Part shown: piece after piece, positions 1 to 8,297 of the stretch
Numbering within the stretch: position 1 is the stretch's first letter
How the letters are laid out: each line of letters begins with the position of its first letter
Source of the DNA: Candidatus Saccharimonadales bacterium
GTDB lineage: Bacteria; Patescibacteriota; UBA1384; 2-12-FULL-50-11
Direction of reading: 5' to 3'
DNA length: 64,000 nt
Assembly: GCA_035480235.1 (NCBI GenBank)
Contig: DATIHX010000009.1
Coordinates: 3,857-67,856 of the forward strand
Notes under the pieces: generated by a model
What the model was told of the DNA's origin: nothing
The model's database searches: none
Seen by the model: only the letters and a program-made list of their open reading frames with translations
Translations under genes and position numbers: made by a program

Positions 1-780
1 TTTAGTGGCGACTTTAGCTTTGGTCACTTTCTTCGGTTTTTCTTCTTTGGTAATTTCTTCTACTTCTTCCCCTTTGTTTGGAATTTGGGATTTGGTGCTT
101 GGGATTTTCTCCCCCGCTGGCATTTCCACGATCGCGCGCAAAATTAATTCAACCGCCCGTGGTGCGTCGTCGTTGGCCGGAATTGGGTAGGTAATTTTGG
201 CCGGGTTAATGTCGGTATCGGTAATCGCCAAAACCGGAATACTGAGCTGGTTCGCTTCTTGAATAGCGATATTGTCGTTGGAAGCGGTGGCTAAAACAAT
301 TAAGTCTGGTAGTTTGGTTACCTTAGCCAAGCCGCCGAGAAAGCGGTGTAAACGCTTAAACTGGTTTTCTTTTACTAACCGATCTTTCTTGGTTAGCTTG
401 CTGGCTGCCTCAGTAGCCAAAAACGCTTCGATCTCGTTCATCTTTTTAATGTTGCCGAGCATCGTCGAAAAATTAGTTAGCGTGCCGCCGTACCACCGCT
501 CGGTGATGTACGGCGAATTAACACTTTCGGCCACGGCCTTGGTGGCTTCACGGGTGGAACGTTTGGTGCCCACAAAAAGAACTGTTTGATTATTTGCTAA
601 AGCGCCGCCAATCACTTTCTGGGCTCGGCTAATGGCGTCCTGGGTTTGCTCCAGGTTAATTAAGGCGACGTTATTTTTAATACTGTAAATGTAGCCTTGG
701 GCCTTCGGGTAAACCATCGATTTGTGGTGGCCGAAGTGGGCGCCGGATTCAGCAAGTTCTAAAAGGGTTGGAACTGGCAT
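1..780 (-). CDS. rpsB: 30S ribosomal protein S2; C-terminus runs off the left window edge
   Basis: Open-ended, so absent from the ORF track. My reverse-complement translation from the ATG at 780 reads MPVPTLLELAESGAHFGHHKSMVYPKAQGYIY...LFVGTKRSTREA...ITERWYGGTLTNF...LAITDTDINP, which is S2-like. Track ORFs 5..190 and 272..589 (+) are antisense shadows. Confidence 0.9.
   Translation of the reverse strand, partial: MPVPTLLELAESGAHFGHHKSMVYPKAQGYIYSIKNNVALINLEQTQDAISRAQKVIGGALANNQTVLFVGTKRSTREATKAVAESVNSPYITERWYGGTLTNFSTMLGNIKKMNEIEAFLATEAASKLTKKDRLVKENQFKRLHRFLGGLAKVTKLPDLIVLATASNDNIAIQEANQLSIPVLAITDTDINPAKITYPIPANDDAPRAVELILRAIVEMPAGEKIPSTKSQIPNKGEEVEEITKEEKPKKVTKAKVATK
76..111. repeat. in-frame heptamer-repeat module (rpsB tail copy)
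   Basis: gtttggaatttgggatttggtgcttgggattttctc aligns with mnmA 18265-18300. It encodes EKIPSTKSQIPNK. Confidence 0.75.
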
Positions 781-1008
781 TTACTTTTTCGCTCCTTGTT
801 TCGCTTCGGTTTTCTCGAGCCGGGCTTTAAAGCGATCGACGCGGCCGGCGATGTCCATGACCTTGGTTTTACCGGTGTAAAGCGGGTGGCAATTGGAGCA
901 GATTTCCAAACGCAGCTCCGGCACCGTTGCGCCGATTTCAAAAGTATTACCACACGAGCAGGTGGCAATGGCCTTGGGATAGTAGGTTGGATGGATATCT
1001 TTCTTCAT
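781..1008 (-). CDS. rpmE: 50S ribosomal protein L31
   Basis: 75 aa: MKKDIHPTYYP...CSCGNTF...CSNCHPLYTGK. The stop codon directly abuts the rpsB ATG. Confidence 0.95.
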   Translation of the reverse strand: MKKDIHPTYYPKAIATCSCGNTFEIGATVPELRLEICSNCHPLYTGKTKVMDIAGRVDRFKARLEKTEAKQGAKK

Positions 1009-1105
1009 GAAACTGTAGATAAATTGTACCAGAAGAGGATTTTTTCTTCAAGACATTAATCAGTATTAAGTGCTAATGTAAAACAAGATCGATTGGAGGT
1101 ATCTA

Positions 1106-1273
1106 ATGGCTCGTCGCACATCCCTAGTTAAAACCCCGCAACCAAAGCCGATCATTGATCCCGAGAAGCTTCGCCAGTTCCTGGCACGACCAGAACCACC
1201 GAAAAGCTATTACCAGTCCTTTCCGATGTCAGAACCCGTCATCGAGATTAAACCCTATCGAGGCTGGTATTAG
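1106..1273 (+). CDS. small hypothetical protein (55 aa), below the ORF-track length cutoff
   Basis: GGAGG lies 7 nt upstream of the ATG at 1106. Translation is MARRTSLVKTPQPKPIIDPEKLRQF...KPYRGWY, with TAG at 1271-1273 followed by a hairpin terminator. Confidence 0.45.
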   Translation: MARRTSLVKTPQPKPIIDPEKLRQFLARPEPPKSYYQSFPMSEPVIEIKPYRGWY

Positions 1274-1287
1274 CCCGGCCATCACCG

Positions 1288-1311
1288 CCCGCCGTTTTGG
1301 CGGGACTTTTT
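1288..1311 (+). terminator. intrinsic terminator hairpin
   Basis: CCCGCC gtttt GGCGGG, then ac TTTTT. Confidence 0.6.
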
Positions 1312-1358
1312 ATAAGCCAGCTGACTTCTGTGCCTATTTCTGGTAAAATAAACCTGTA

Positions 1359-2237
1359 ATGCTCAAAGAGTTAGAGCAAAAATTAGTGGAGGCAGAGCAA
1401 CTGCTCGCGGAAACCGACGACCAGGATATTAAAGCCTTGGCGCTTGAGGAAATTGCCAAACTCAAGCGCGAGATCGATGCCGCCAACCCGATTAACCAAC
1501 GTAATGCCATTCTAGAAATTCGAGCCGGCACCGGTGGCGACGAAGCCGAATTGTTTGCTCGTGAGCTTTTCCGGGCCTATCAGCGTTACGCCGAGCGGCA
1601 AGGCTGGCAGATCGAACTTTTAGACCACAATTTCTCGGAACTCGGCGGCGTTAAGTCGATCGTCGCCCAAATCAAGGGCCCACAAGCCTACGCCAAACTT
1701 CGCTTTGAGGGTGGCGTCCACCGCGTTCAACGGGTGCCAAAAACCGAAAAATCCGGCCGTATTCATACTTCCGCCGTCTCCGTTGCCGTTCTGCCAGAAG
1801 CCCGGGAAGTTGACGTTCAGCTCCGGCCGGATCAAATTCGGGTTGATGTTTACCGCTCCGGTGGCCACGGCGGCCAGGGCGTTAACACCACCGACTCAGC
1901 CGTTCGCCTCACCCATATCCCCACCGGCATTGTTGTCACCTGCCAAGACGGCCGATCGCAGTTAAAAAATAAGGAAAAAGCGATGGGCGTTCTGCGCTCC
2001 CGGATTTGGGAATTAGAGCAAGAAAAGCAAGAGCAAAGCGTCGGCGCTGCTCGCCGCGATATGATTAAGTCCGGCGACCGCTCCGATAAAATCCGCACCT
2101 ACAATTTCCCCCAAAGCCGGATTACCGACCACCGCATCAACAAAAGTTGGCACAACATCGACGCGGTGATGGACGGCGAACTCGACCCGATGATCACCGC
2201 CCTCCAAGAAGCTAATTTGGGAATCGACGAGAAGTAA
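1359..2237 (+). CDS. prfA: peptide chain release factor 1
   Basis: GGQ motif (SGGHGGQGVNTTDSAVR) and an RF1-type PxT tripeptide (RVPKTEK). At 292 aa the N-terminus is shorter than I expect for RF1. Confidence 0.9.
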   Translation: MLKELEQKLVEAEQLLAETDDQDIKALALEEIAKLKREIDAANPINQRNAILEIRAGTGGDEAELFARELFRAYQRYAERQGWQIELLDHNFSELGGVKSIVAQIKGPQAYAKLRFEGGVHRVQRVPKTEKSGRIHTSAVSVAVLPEAREVDVQLRPDQIRVDVYRSGGHGGQGVNTTDSAVRLTHIPTGIVVTCQDGRSQLKNKEKAMGVLRSRIWELEQEKQEQSVGAARRDMIKSGDRSDKIRTYNFPQSRITDHRINKSWHNIDAVMDGELDPMITALQEANLGIDEK

Positions 2238-2238
2238 T

Positions 2239-2329
2239 AATATTCAATAATTAAATTACAAATAATAATCAAATGATTAATAGTCAATTAAATATTTTTT
2301 ACTTAAGTATTATTTGCAACTTGAATATT
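2239..2329. repeat. AT-rich palindromic intergenic repeat, copy A
   Basis: Left arm aatattcaataattaaattacaaataat and right arm attatttgcaacttgaatatt are reverse complements. Related copies are at 7585-7673 and 61948-62049. Confidence 0.8.
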
Positions 2330-2334
2330 AATTA

Positions 2335-3198
2335 TTGGCTATTCTACCGATGACGGTTGAACAGGCTGTTAAAACGGCCGCCGCGACACTGGAAGATAAC
2401 GGCTACGTTCACGGCGAGCGCGAAGCCGTGATTTTTTTGTCCCATATTCTAAACCTGGACACGACTAATCTTTACAACCGTTACGAAGACAATATCGACC
2501 CGGCCGCCGAGGAACAGTTGGCCGAAGCAGTTGAGACGCGCCTGAAGGGCGCACCGGTGGCGTATATAGTTGGCGATCAAAATTTTATGGGCTGGGCGTT
2601 TTTAAGTGACAAACGCGCTCTCATCCCCCGGCCCGAAACAGAGCAGTTAGTTGAGCTGTTAATTCGCCGCGTTCGCGACCACAAAGTGGAGCGCGGTAAG
2701 TTCTTGGAGATCGGAACCGGGGCTGGCCCGATCGCCATCGCCTTGAAAAAATACTTCCCGCAGGCTGAAATCACCGCCACCGACGTCAGCGAAGAAGCCC
2801 TCGAATTAGCCCAAGAAAACGCCCAGCGCCTGAAAGTCGATATTACCATTGTAGAAAGCGACCTGTTTGACCAAGTGCCGCCAGCCAAATACGACGTTAT
2901 TGTGGCTAACTTACCGTACGTACCGTCACCAAAACTTGATTTTGTGTCTGATCAAATTCTCGATTGGGAGCCGATGGTGGCGATTGATGCTGGCGATGAC
3001 GGCCTGAAATATATCACGCCTTTTCTCGAGCAAATTAAACCGTTTTTGAGTGATTACGGGATTGTCGCCTTGGAGTTTTGGCACACCCACGGCCAACCGG
3101 TCAAAGAGTTGGTCGCCCAACATCTACCAGATCACGAAGTAGAGATTGAGAAAGACCTGGCCGGCTTCGATCGATTCGCGTTTATCACGCCCGAATAA
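2335..3198 (+). CDS. prmC: release factor glutamine N5-methyltransferase (HemK/PrmC)
   Basis: SAM-binding EIGTGAGPIA and an NLPY (NPPY-type) motif, immediately downstream of prfA. Start is TTG at 2335, or alternatively ATG at 2350. Confidence 0.85.
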   Translation: MAILPMTVEQAVKTAAATLEDNGYVHGEREAVIFLSHILNLDTTNLYNRYEDNIDPAAEEQLAEAVETRLKGAPVAYIVGDQNFMGWAFLSDKRALIPRPETEQLVELLIRRVRDHKVERGKFLEIGTGAGPIAIALKKYFPQAEITATDVSEEALELAQENAQRLKVDITIVESDLFDQVPPAKYDVIVANLPYVPSPKLDFVSDQILDWEPMVAIDAGDDGLKYITPFLEQIKPFLSDYGIVALEFWHTHGQPVKELVAQHLPDHEVEIEKDLAGFDRFAFITPE

Positions 3199-3228
3199 AA
3201 AAGCCCCGGTATTAGCGGGGTAAAATTT
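3199..3228. terminator. bidirectional terminator hairpin between convergent genes
   Basis: aaaaaG CCCCG gtattag CGGGG taaaattt. The stem is flanked by A-run/T-run on both sides. Confidence 0.6.
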
Positions 3229-3240
3229 GCTGTCCGCCGA

Positions 3241-3615
3241 CTAATCAGCAGACTCGGTAAGCCGTTCGAGTAGCAACACATCCCCTCCGTGGGCGGAAAT
3301 GGCGAGAACTCGAAAGTTGAACTTCCCTTGACCGTGTTCCCAAGGGATCGTGCCCTCGTGTGGCAGCCTCTTTGGTTCGGTACTGATTTCCGCCATTATT
3401 TCGAGGCGCCGAGTGAACGGATTCTGAAGGTTTTTGGGAACCGTGATAGCTTCTTTCCACGAGCCTTCGATGAAAAAGTCGATCCGCAAAGACGTTTTGG
3501 TGTGTGTGAGGCAGATTTTGGTTGCCCCATCAACAATTGATTGGTCCAAAATCGCCCTCACCAACTTAACAATCGGTGCCTGATTTTCCATCGGCTCAGT
3601 ATCTCTTTCTGACAT
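3241..3615 (-). CDS. stand-alone GspE/PilB N-terminal-subdomain-like protein with no ATPase core
   Basis: GGAGG RBS before the ATG at 3615 (track ORF trimmed from 3672). The pattern IVKLVRAILDQSIVDGATKICL...LRIDFFIEG...TRRLEIMAEIS...LPHEGTI...FRVLAISAHGGDVLLLERL parallels the segment preceding Walker A in the window's own PilB (IVSSLLKRSVREGASDIHIEP...RFRIDG...SRVKILANLKIDE..PQDGRI). Confidence 0.55.
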   Translation of the reverse strand: MSERDTEPMENQAPIVKLVRAILDQSIVDGATKICLTHTKTSLRIDFFIEGSWKEAITVPKNLQNPFTRRLEIMAEISTEPKRLPHEGTIPWEHGQGKFNFRVLAISAHGGDVLLLERLTESAD

Positions 3616-3688
3616 GTGCGTTTTCCTCCAAGGAACTGGGAGTATCTTACAATGGATACCACTAAAAATCAATAGCTTGGATGCTTTT

Positions 3689-4846
3689 TTAATTCCCGAG
3701 GGTGCCGAGGGTAAGTTTCACCGTTTGGCTGGTTTTGTTGCGAAGAATCGTCAGTGTTATTTGCTCGCCGGGGTCGTGAGAACGGATAATTTTTGACAGC
3801 GGATTGCTCTGGGTAACGGCGTCCGAATTCACTTTCGTTATCACATCGTTCACCTGCAAGCCGGCGGCTTGGGCCGGCGCGCCAGTGACCGCTTTAATCA
3901 GGGCGCCGTCAGTGACCGTCAAACCGAGCGTGCTCGCTAAGGTCGCTGTCAACGGCTCGTACTGAACACCGATAAAGGCCCGCAAAATTTTGCCGTTTTT
4001 GGTGTAAGAAGCTAGGGATTTTTGAATTTCGTTAGACGGCGTAACGAAGCCTAGGCTCTGGGCGGAAGCAGCAATGGCGGTATTGATACCGATCACTTGG
4101 CCGCCGAGCGTTAATAACGGCCCGCCAGAGTTACCAGGGTTAATAGCGGCGTCGGTTTGGATTAAATTATCTAGCGATTCGGTGGCGCCGGTCGCTTCAT
4201 CGGCCGGGCTGGCTTGGCGGTTAAGCCCAGAAATTACCCCAACAGTCACCGTATTTTGGTACTGGCCAAGAGCGTTGCCGATCGCCACCACCCACTGGCC
4301 AACTTGGACGTCGTCGGAATTACCAAAGTCCACCACTGGCAAACCGTGGGCCGTAATTTTTAGCAGGGCAAAATCGATGACGGGGTCGGTCGCGGCCACC
4401 GTGGCGTCGTAGGTCTTGCCGTCGCTGGTGGTCACTTTGAAGCCGGCGTTGCCGGTAACGACGTGTTTGTTGGTGGCGATCAAACCGTCACTGGTGACGA
4501 TAAAACCACTACCGGCCACTTTTGACGGCTGGCTGCTCAAACCGTTGATCGAGAAAAGATTAGTTTGAGCCTGGCCGGTGGCTGTAATACTGACAACCGA
4601 CGGCGAGACGTTTTTGGCCGTATCAATAACCTGCGACGATTCTTGAACGTTAATCGTCTGGTTTTTGTTAGTAGAAATGGTGAAGGTTTTGAAGTTGTTC
4701 AGGCCAAGCCGCGTGCGGAGCGCCTCACCGCTGGGGGTCGCCGAAAGAAAATACAAAACCGCCAACGTGGCAATCGCCCCTACAATAAAAACCACGAGCA
4801 ACGTCGCAACATAAGCCGGCCAGCGTTTTTTCCAGTCCCAATTCAT
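3689..4846 (-). CDS. htrA: HtrA/DegP-family serine protease with C-terminal PDZ domain and N-terminal TM anchor
   Basis: Catalytic-Ser motif GNSGGPL, a His region (TNKHVV) and a PDZ-like C-terminus. Confidence 0.9.
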   Translation of the reverse strand: MNWDWKKRWPAYVATLLVVFIVGAIATLAVLYFLSATPSGEALRTRLGLNNFKTFTISTNKNQTINVQESSQVIDTAKNVSPSVVSITATGQAQTNLFSINGLSSQPSKVAGSGFIVTSDGLIATNKHVVTGNAGFKVTTSDGKTYDATVAATDPVIDFALLKITAHGLPVVDFGNSDDVQVGQWVVAIGNALGQYQNTVTVGVISGLNRQASPADEATGATESLDNLIQTDAAINPGNSGGPLLTLGGQVIGINTAIAASAQSLGFVTPSNEIQKSLASYTKNGKILRAFIGVQYEPLTATLASTLGLTVTDGALIKAVTGAPAQAAGLQVNDVITKVNSDAVTQSNPLSKIIRSHDPGEQITLTILRNKTSQTVKLTLGTLGN

Positions 4847-4850
4847 CCTG

Positions 4851-5117
4851 TTATTTGCCTTTCTGGTTTTTTCGCAGCTCGTGTAAATGTTCCGATACTG
4901 TCCTGAGAATTGACTGAACCGCCACGCTAATTGTGCCCATATTGACGATGGCCGGGACGATCTCTTTCACAAATTGCCGAGCGGTTTCGTTCAAGTGGTC
5001 GAGTTTATAGAGCCAACGGTTGGCGCGATATAGCACTATTACCAATAGCACACCGGCCACCAAAAATACGATCAGAACCAAAATCGTTAACGTGTTAATC
5101 CAGTCAGTGCTGCTCAT
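4851..5117 (-). CDS. hypothetical single-pass membrane protein
   Basis: 88 aa with an N-terminal TM helix. It packs tightly between htrA and the mscS-like gene. Confidence 0.55.
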   Translation of the reverse strand: MSSTDWINTLTILVLIVFLVAGVLLVIVLYRANRWLYKLDHLNETARQFVKEIVPAIVNMGTISVAVQSILRTVSEHLHELRKNQKGK

Positions 5118-5647
5118 TTTCCTCCGTTCTTCTTTTGTAACACCACCCAGGCTTCTTTGTCTAACATCGAATTGGGGAAAATATGGAGATTGCCTTCTTC
5201 ATCGCGGAGGCGAATTTTCCGGGCGTCCATCCGCTCCACTCGCCCCATGATTTCACCGACCTTAATAATATCGCCGGTGTTAAAATCTTTGTCTTGAGCC
5301 AAGAATAAACCGGCCACCAAGTCTTGGACGAAGGCGCTCGACCCCACCGAAATCGCAATGCCGGCAATCGCCACGCTGCCCGATAAGGCCAACGAGATTT
5401 GGGTCAACCCAACTTGCTGAAGTAAGGCTGCGATCAGGAAAATCCAGAGCGCCACATCAATGACAGAAATTAAAATCCCCTTCATCGAGGTATTGGCGTG
5501 GGTTACTTTAATTGCCCCGTGTAGCACCGCTTTAATGAGCTTGATGAATAAATAACCGATAATCAGCGTTAGCAAAAGCTGCGGTAATTTGTCCCAGGCA
5601 TTTATGCCGATGCGGAAAAGACTGTCGGCAAACGACGTGAACTGCAT
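5114..5647 (-). CDS. small MscS-family mechanosensitive channel-like protein
   Basis: TM helices followed by DKDFNTGDIIKVGEIMGRVERMDARKIRLRDEEGNLHIFPNS, an MscS beta-domain signature. Start trimmed to the ATG at 5647 (MQFTSF...). Confidence 0.7.
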   Translation of the reverse strand: MQFTSFADSLFRIGINAWDKLPQLLLTLIIGYLFIKLIKAVLHGAIKVTHANTSMKGILISVIDVALWIFLIAALLQQVGLTQISLALSGSVAIAGIAISVGSSAFVQDLVAGLFLAQDKDFNTGDIIKVGEIMGRVERMDARKIRLRDEEGNLHIFPNSMLDKEAWVVLQKKNGGK

Positions 5648-5700
5648 ATACTTACTGTAGCAAAATTTGGCTGGAAAAATTGTAAGAAAAAAGCCGGGGG

Positions 5701-5919
5701 TTACCCGGCGGGAGTGGACTTCAGCCAATCATGAACGAAGATAAGCGCTAGGGCTCCGAAGACAAAGAAATGGATGAGCGCGATTTCCGGCTTTACTGCC
5801 AATTTTTGAGCGAACCAAAGGACTGGCGTCCAATAGATAACACTCCACCAACCCAGAAACCGGCCGAGTTTTTGCCAGCAAATACACACGGGTTCTTCGC
5901 TTTTGTAGAAGCAAAACAT
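5701..5919 (-). CDS. hypothetical small membrane protein
   Basis: 72 aa, hydrophobic. The stop overlaps a terminator hairpin (GCCGGG taacc CCCGGC followed by a T-run, read on the minus strand). Confidence 0.45.
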   Translation of the reverse strand: MFCFYKSEEPVCICWQKLGRFLGWWSVIYWTPVLWFAQKLAVKPEIALIHFFVFGALALIFVHDWLKSTPAG

Positions 5920-6149
5920 TAGTTACCACCCCTTATTATCCGCAGCTGTGGATTTCCCCTCTTTGATATGCGACCACGAAAGTATTGGATGAGAATTACT
6001 ATCGGGATTGAACCGAAGAACGTTGAGGCCACACGGTCGTTGATCCAAATAACGGTCTTAATGGGGGCAAAAGCGTTTATCAAAGCGAAAAAGATGAAAA
6101 CACCAACTGTGTGACAAAGTAAGAACGTGCCGATTCTTTTCATGTGCAA
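5919..6149 (-). CDS. hypothetical small membrane protein
   Basis: 76 aa with two predicted TM helices. No recognisable motif. Confidence 0.4.
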   Translation of the reverse strand: MHMKRIGTFLLCHTVGVFIFFALINAFAPIKTVIWINDRVASTFFGSIPIVILIQYFRGRISKRGNPQLRIIRGGN

Positions 6150-6198
6150 CCTCCGAACCTGAGCTCAGTATAGCAGGCTACAGCGCAGAGATCAGTGG

Positions 6199-7563
6199 TT
6201 AATTAAGTGCTTTTTGAAGTTCGGTGCGGACGGTTTGGATGTTGGCCCGGCCTTTGGTGGCAGCCATCACTTGGCCGACCAAGAAGTTGAACGAAGCTTC
6301 TTTGCCGCTTTTAAAGTCGGTGATAGCGGGTTGATTGGCGGCAAGCACTTCTTGGATGACGGCGCCAAAATCTTCGGCTTGGGCGAATTCTGGCAAAATA
6401 TGTTCGACCGTTTTGCCGACCGCCGTGACCCGCTCGATCACTTGGGCGAAAATCTCTTTGGTCCAGCCGTTTTGTTGTTTGGCTTCGAGTATTTTTACTT
6501 GGTCGATGACCGAAAGTTTGGCGAAATTGGGCATCTCCAGTAGCAAATGAGCCGCTTCTTTGGCCAATTTTGGCGCGAGTTTGTCCAGTTCTAAAATATT
6601 CTCGTCGAGGTCTTTATCCACTAGGGCCGTGGCGATGGCGCTGGGCGCACCGAGGGCTTCAATGGCTTTCCGGCGGTCGTCGGGCAGTTGATGGCTGGCC
6701 GCTGCGCCCAGGGTAATTTTCACTCGCGGTAAGTCTGGCTCCGGGAAATAGCGGTAATCAGCGCCGGTTTCTTTGGTTCGCATTGCAAAGGTTTGGCCTT
6801 TCGGGTCGTCCCAGCCACGGGTTTCACCATGAATAGTTTCGCCGGCTTCGAGGGCTTTGGTTTGACGCTCAAATTCGTAATTTATTGCCTTCTCAACGGC
6901 TCGAAAAGAATTAATATTCTTGACCTCGACTTTTGTCCCCAACTTCTCACTTTTACCTTCTAACTTTTTACTTACAGAGATGTTAGCTTCGCAGCGCATC
7001 TGGCCCTTTTCCATGTCGGCTGAAGAAATTTTCAGGCTTCTCATAATTCGTTGAAGCTCTTGGCAGAAACGTTTGGCGGCTTCGCTGGAATGGAAATCCG
7101 GTTCGGTGACGATTTCGAGAAGCGGTACGCCGGCTCGGTTGTAATTGACGAGCGAATGAGTGTTATCGGCCGAGTGGACTAATTTCCCTGCATCTTCCTC
7201 CAAATGAGCGTGATTCAAATGGTAATCGGTGCCATCAATACTGATCTTCCCGCCCTGAACCAGCGGCAAACTCATCTGGGAAACCTGGTAGCCTTTCGGT
7301 AAATCCGGGTAAAAATAGTTCTTTCGAGCCCAGAACGTATCGGCCGGAATCTCAGCATTAATCGCCTGACCAAACCGAGTGACCATCGCCACCGCTTCTT
7401 TGTTGATGAGCGGCAGTGCTCCGGGCAAGCCGTAACAAATTGGGCAGACGTAGATATTAGGCTCCGTTCCAAACGGATCGTTCGGGCAACCGCAAAACAT
7501 CTTGGTTTTGGTTTCCAGTTCGACGTGGATCTCCATCCCGACGGTCAGCTGCCAGTCAGCCAT
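6199..7563 (-). CDS. gatB: Asp/Glu-tRNA(Asn/Gln) amidotransferase subunit B
   Basis: 454 aa: VGMEIHVELETKTKMFCGC...NRAGVPLLEIVTEPD... and a GatB/YqeY-like C-terminus. Confidence 0.95.
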   Translation of the reverse strand: MADWQLTVGMEIHVELETKTKMFCGCPNDPFGTEPNIYVCPICYGLPGALPLINKEAVAMVTRFGQAINAEIPADTFWARKNYFYPDLPKGYQVSQMSLPLVQGGKISIDGTDYHLNHAHLEEDAGKLVHSADNTHSLVNYNRAGVPLLEIVTEPDFHSSEAAKRFCQELQRIMRSLKISSADMEKGQMRCEANISVSKKLEGKSEKLGTKVEVKNINSFRAVEKAINYEFERQTKALEAGETIHGETRGWDDPKGQTFAMRTKETGADYRYFPEPDLPRVKITLGAAASHQLPDDRRKAIEALGAPSAIATALVDKDLDENILELDKLAPKLAKEAAHLLLEMPNFAKLSVIDQVKILEAKQQNGWTKEIFAQVIERVTAVGKTVEHILPEFAQAEDFGAVIQEVLAANQPAITDFKSGKEASFNFLVGQVMAATKGRANIQTVRTELQKALN

Positions 7564-7584
7564 GAAGGCCTCCTGAAATAACTT

Positions 7585-7673
7585 TCAATAACCAATAATT
7601 AAGTTGCAAATAATGTTTAATGTTTAAATATTTAAGTAATTGATTATTATTTGTCACTTGAGTATTGAATATT
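7585..7673. repeat. AT-rich palindromic intergenic repeat, copy B
   Basis: Left arm tcaataaccaataattaagttgcaaataat, right arm attatttgtcacttgagtattgaatatt. Confidence 0.8.
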
Positions 7674-7683
7674 GCGCATTCCA

Positions 7684-8073
7684 TTATCGCAGCCCTCTCA
7701 AAGCGCTAATCCCTTCTTTAAAATACCGCCAGAATTGGTCGCGCTCCCAGTCGGCCACAAATGCGCCATGGTCGTGAACCAATTCGTTCCGTTTAATATG
7801 GGCCTGCCAAAGGTGTTTGTACGCCATATTGTCCATTTTTGGCCGGAGGGTTTTCAAGCGCTCGCCCATCGTCGCGCCGCGGACGCTGCCTTCCTTGAGA
7901 ATCGAATCCACTAGCACGTCAGCTTGAATAATCAGTTGCTTCATCGTCGCTTGGTCGCGGGAAGCGGCCATCGCGTCGATCGCTCGAACTTTGCCCTCGA
8001 CGGCTAGCCAATCCACTTTCCGCAAGCCACCTTTGCTACCCCCGCCACCAAATAAGTTCTGCCAAAAGCCCAC
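7684..8073 (-). CDS. hypothetical protein with an HEPN-like RNxxxH motif
   Basis: 129 aa, helical-looking, with KRNELVHD (Rx4H) near residue 95. GTG start overlaps the upstream stop (TAGTG). Confidence 0.6.
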   Translation of the reverse strand: MGFWQNLFGGGGSKGGLRKVDWLAVEGKVRAIDAMAASRDQATMKQLIIQADVLVDSILKEGSVRGATMGERLKTLRPKMDNMAYKHLWQAHIKRNELVHDHGAFVADWERDQFWRYFKEGISALRGLR

Positions 8074-8297
8074 TATAAACCCCTCTTCAGTAGCCGCTCG
8101 GTAATCCCAGGCAAATGATGGTTAATGAGAACGCCGACATAGAGTAAAACGATCGTTACCAGCAAGGTAACGGCCAGCTTGCGGGTCATCACGTAGACCG
8201 GGGCTAGCCGCTCGCGCCGGCGGGTTTCAATCAGCTGTTTTTCCTCAACAAATTGCTCAACTTTCGCTAGTTTTTTCTCCCGCGCTCTTTTTCCCAT
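8073..8297 (-). CDS. hypothetical small membrane protein (charged N-terminus plus 1 TM)
   Basis: The ATG at 8297 overlaps the gatA stop (TGATG), which implies translational coupling. Confidence 0.5.
   Translation of the reverse strand: MGKRAREKKLAKVEQFVEEKQLIETRRRERLAPVYVMTRKLAVTLLVTIVLLYVGVLINHHLPGITERLLKRGL

Noticed and set aside
1359-2237. Possible stop-codon reassignment (short RF1, in-frame TAG in the sigma gene).
   Set aside because: TAA, TAG and TGA all terminate well-conserved genes at expected lengths in this window (for example rpmE TAA, pilO TAG, pilM/pilN/gatA TGA), so the standard code 11 fits. The shorter RF1 N-terminus is bounded by an upstream in-frame stop, and I cannot judge its significance without alignments.
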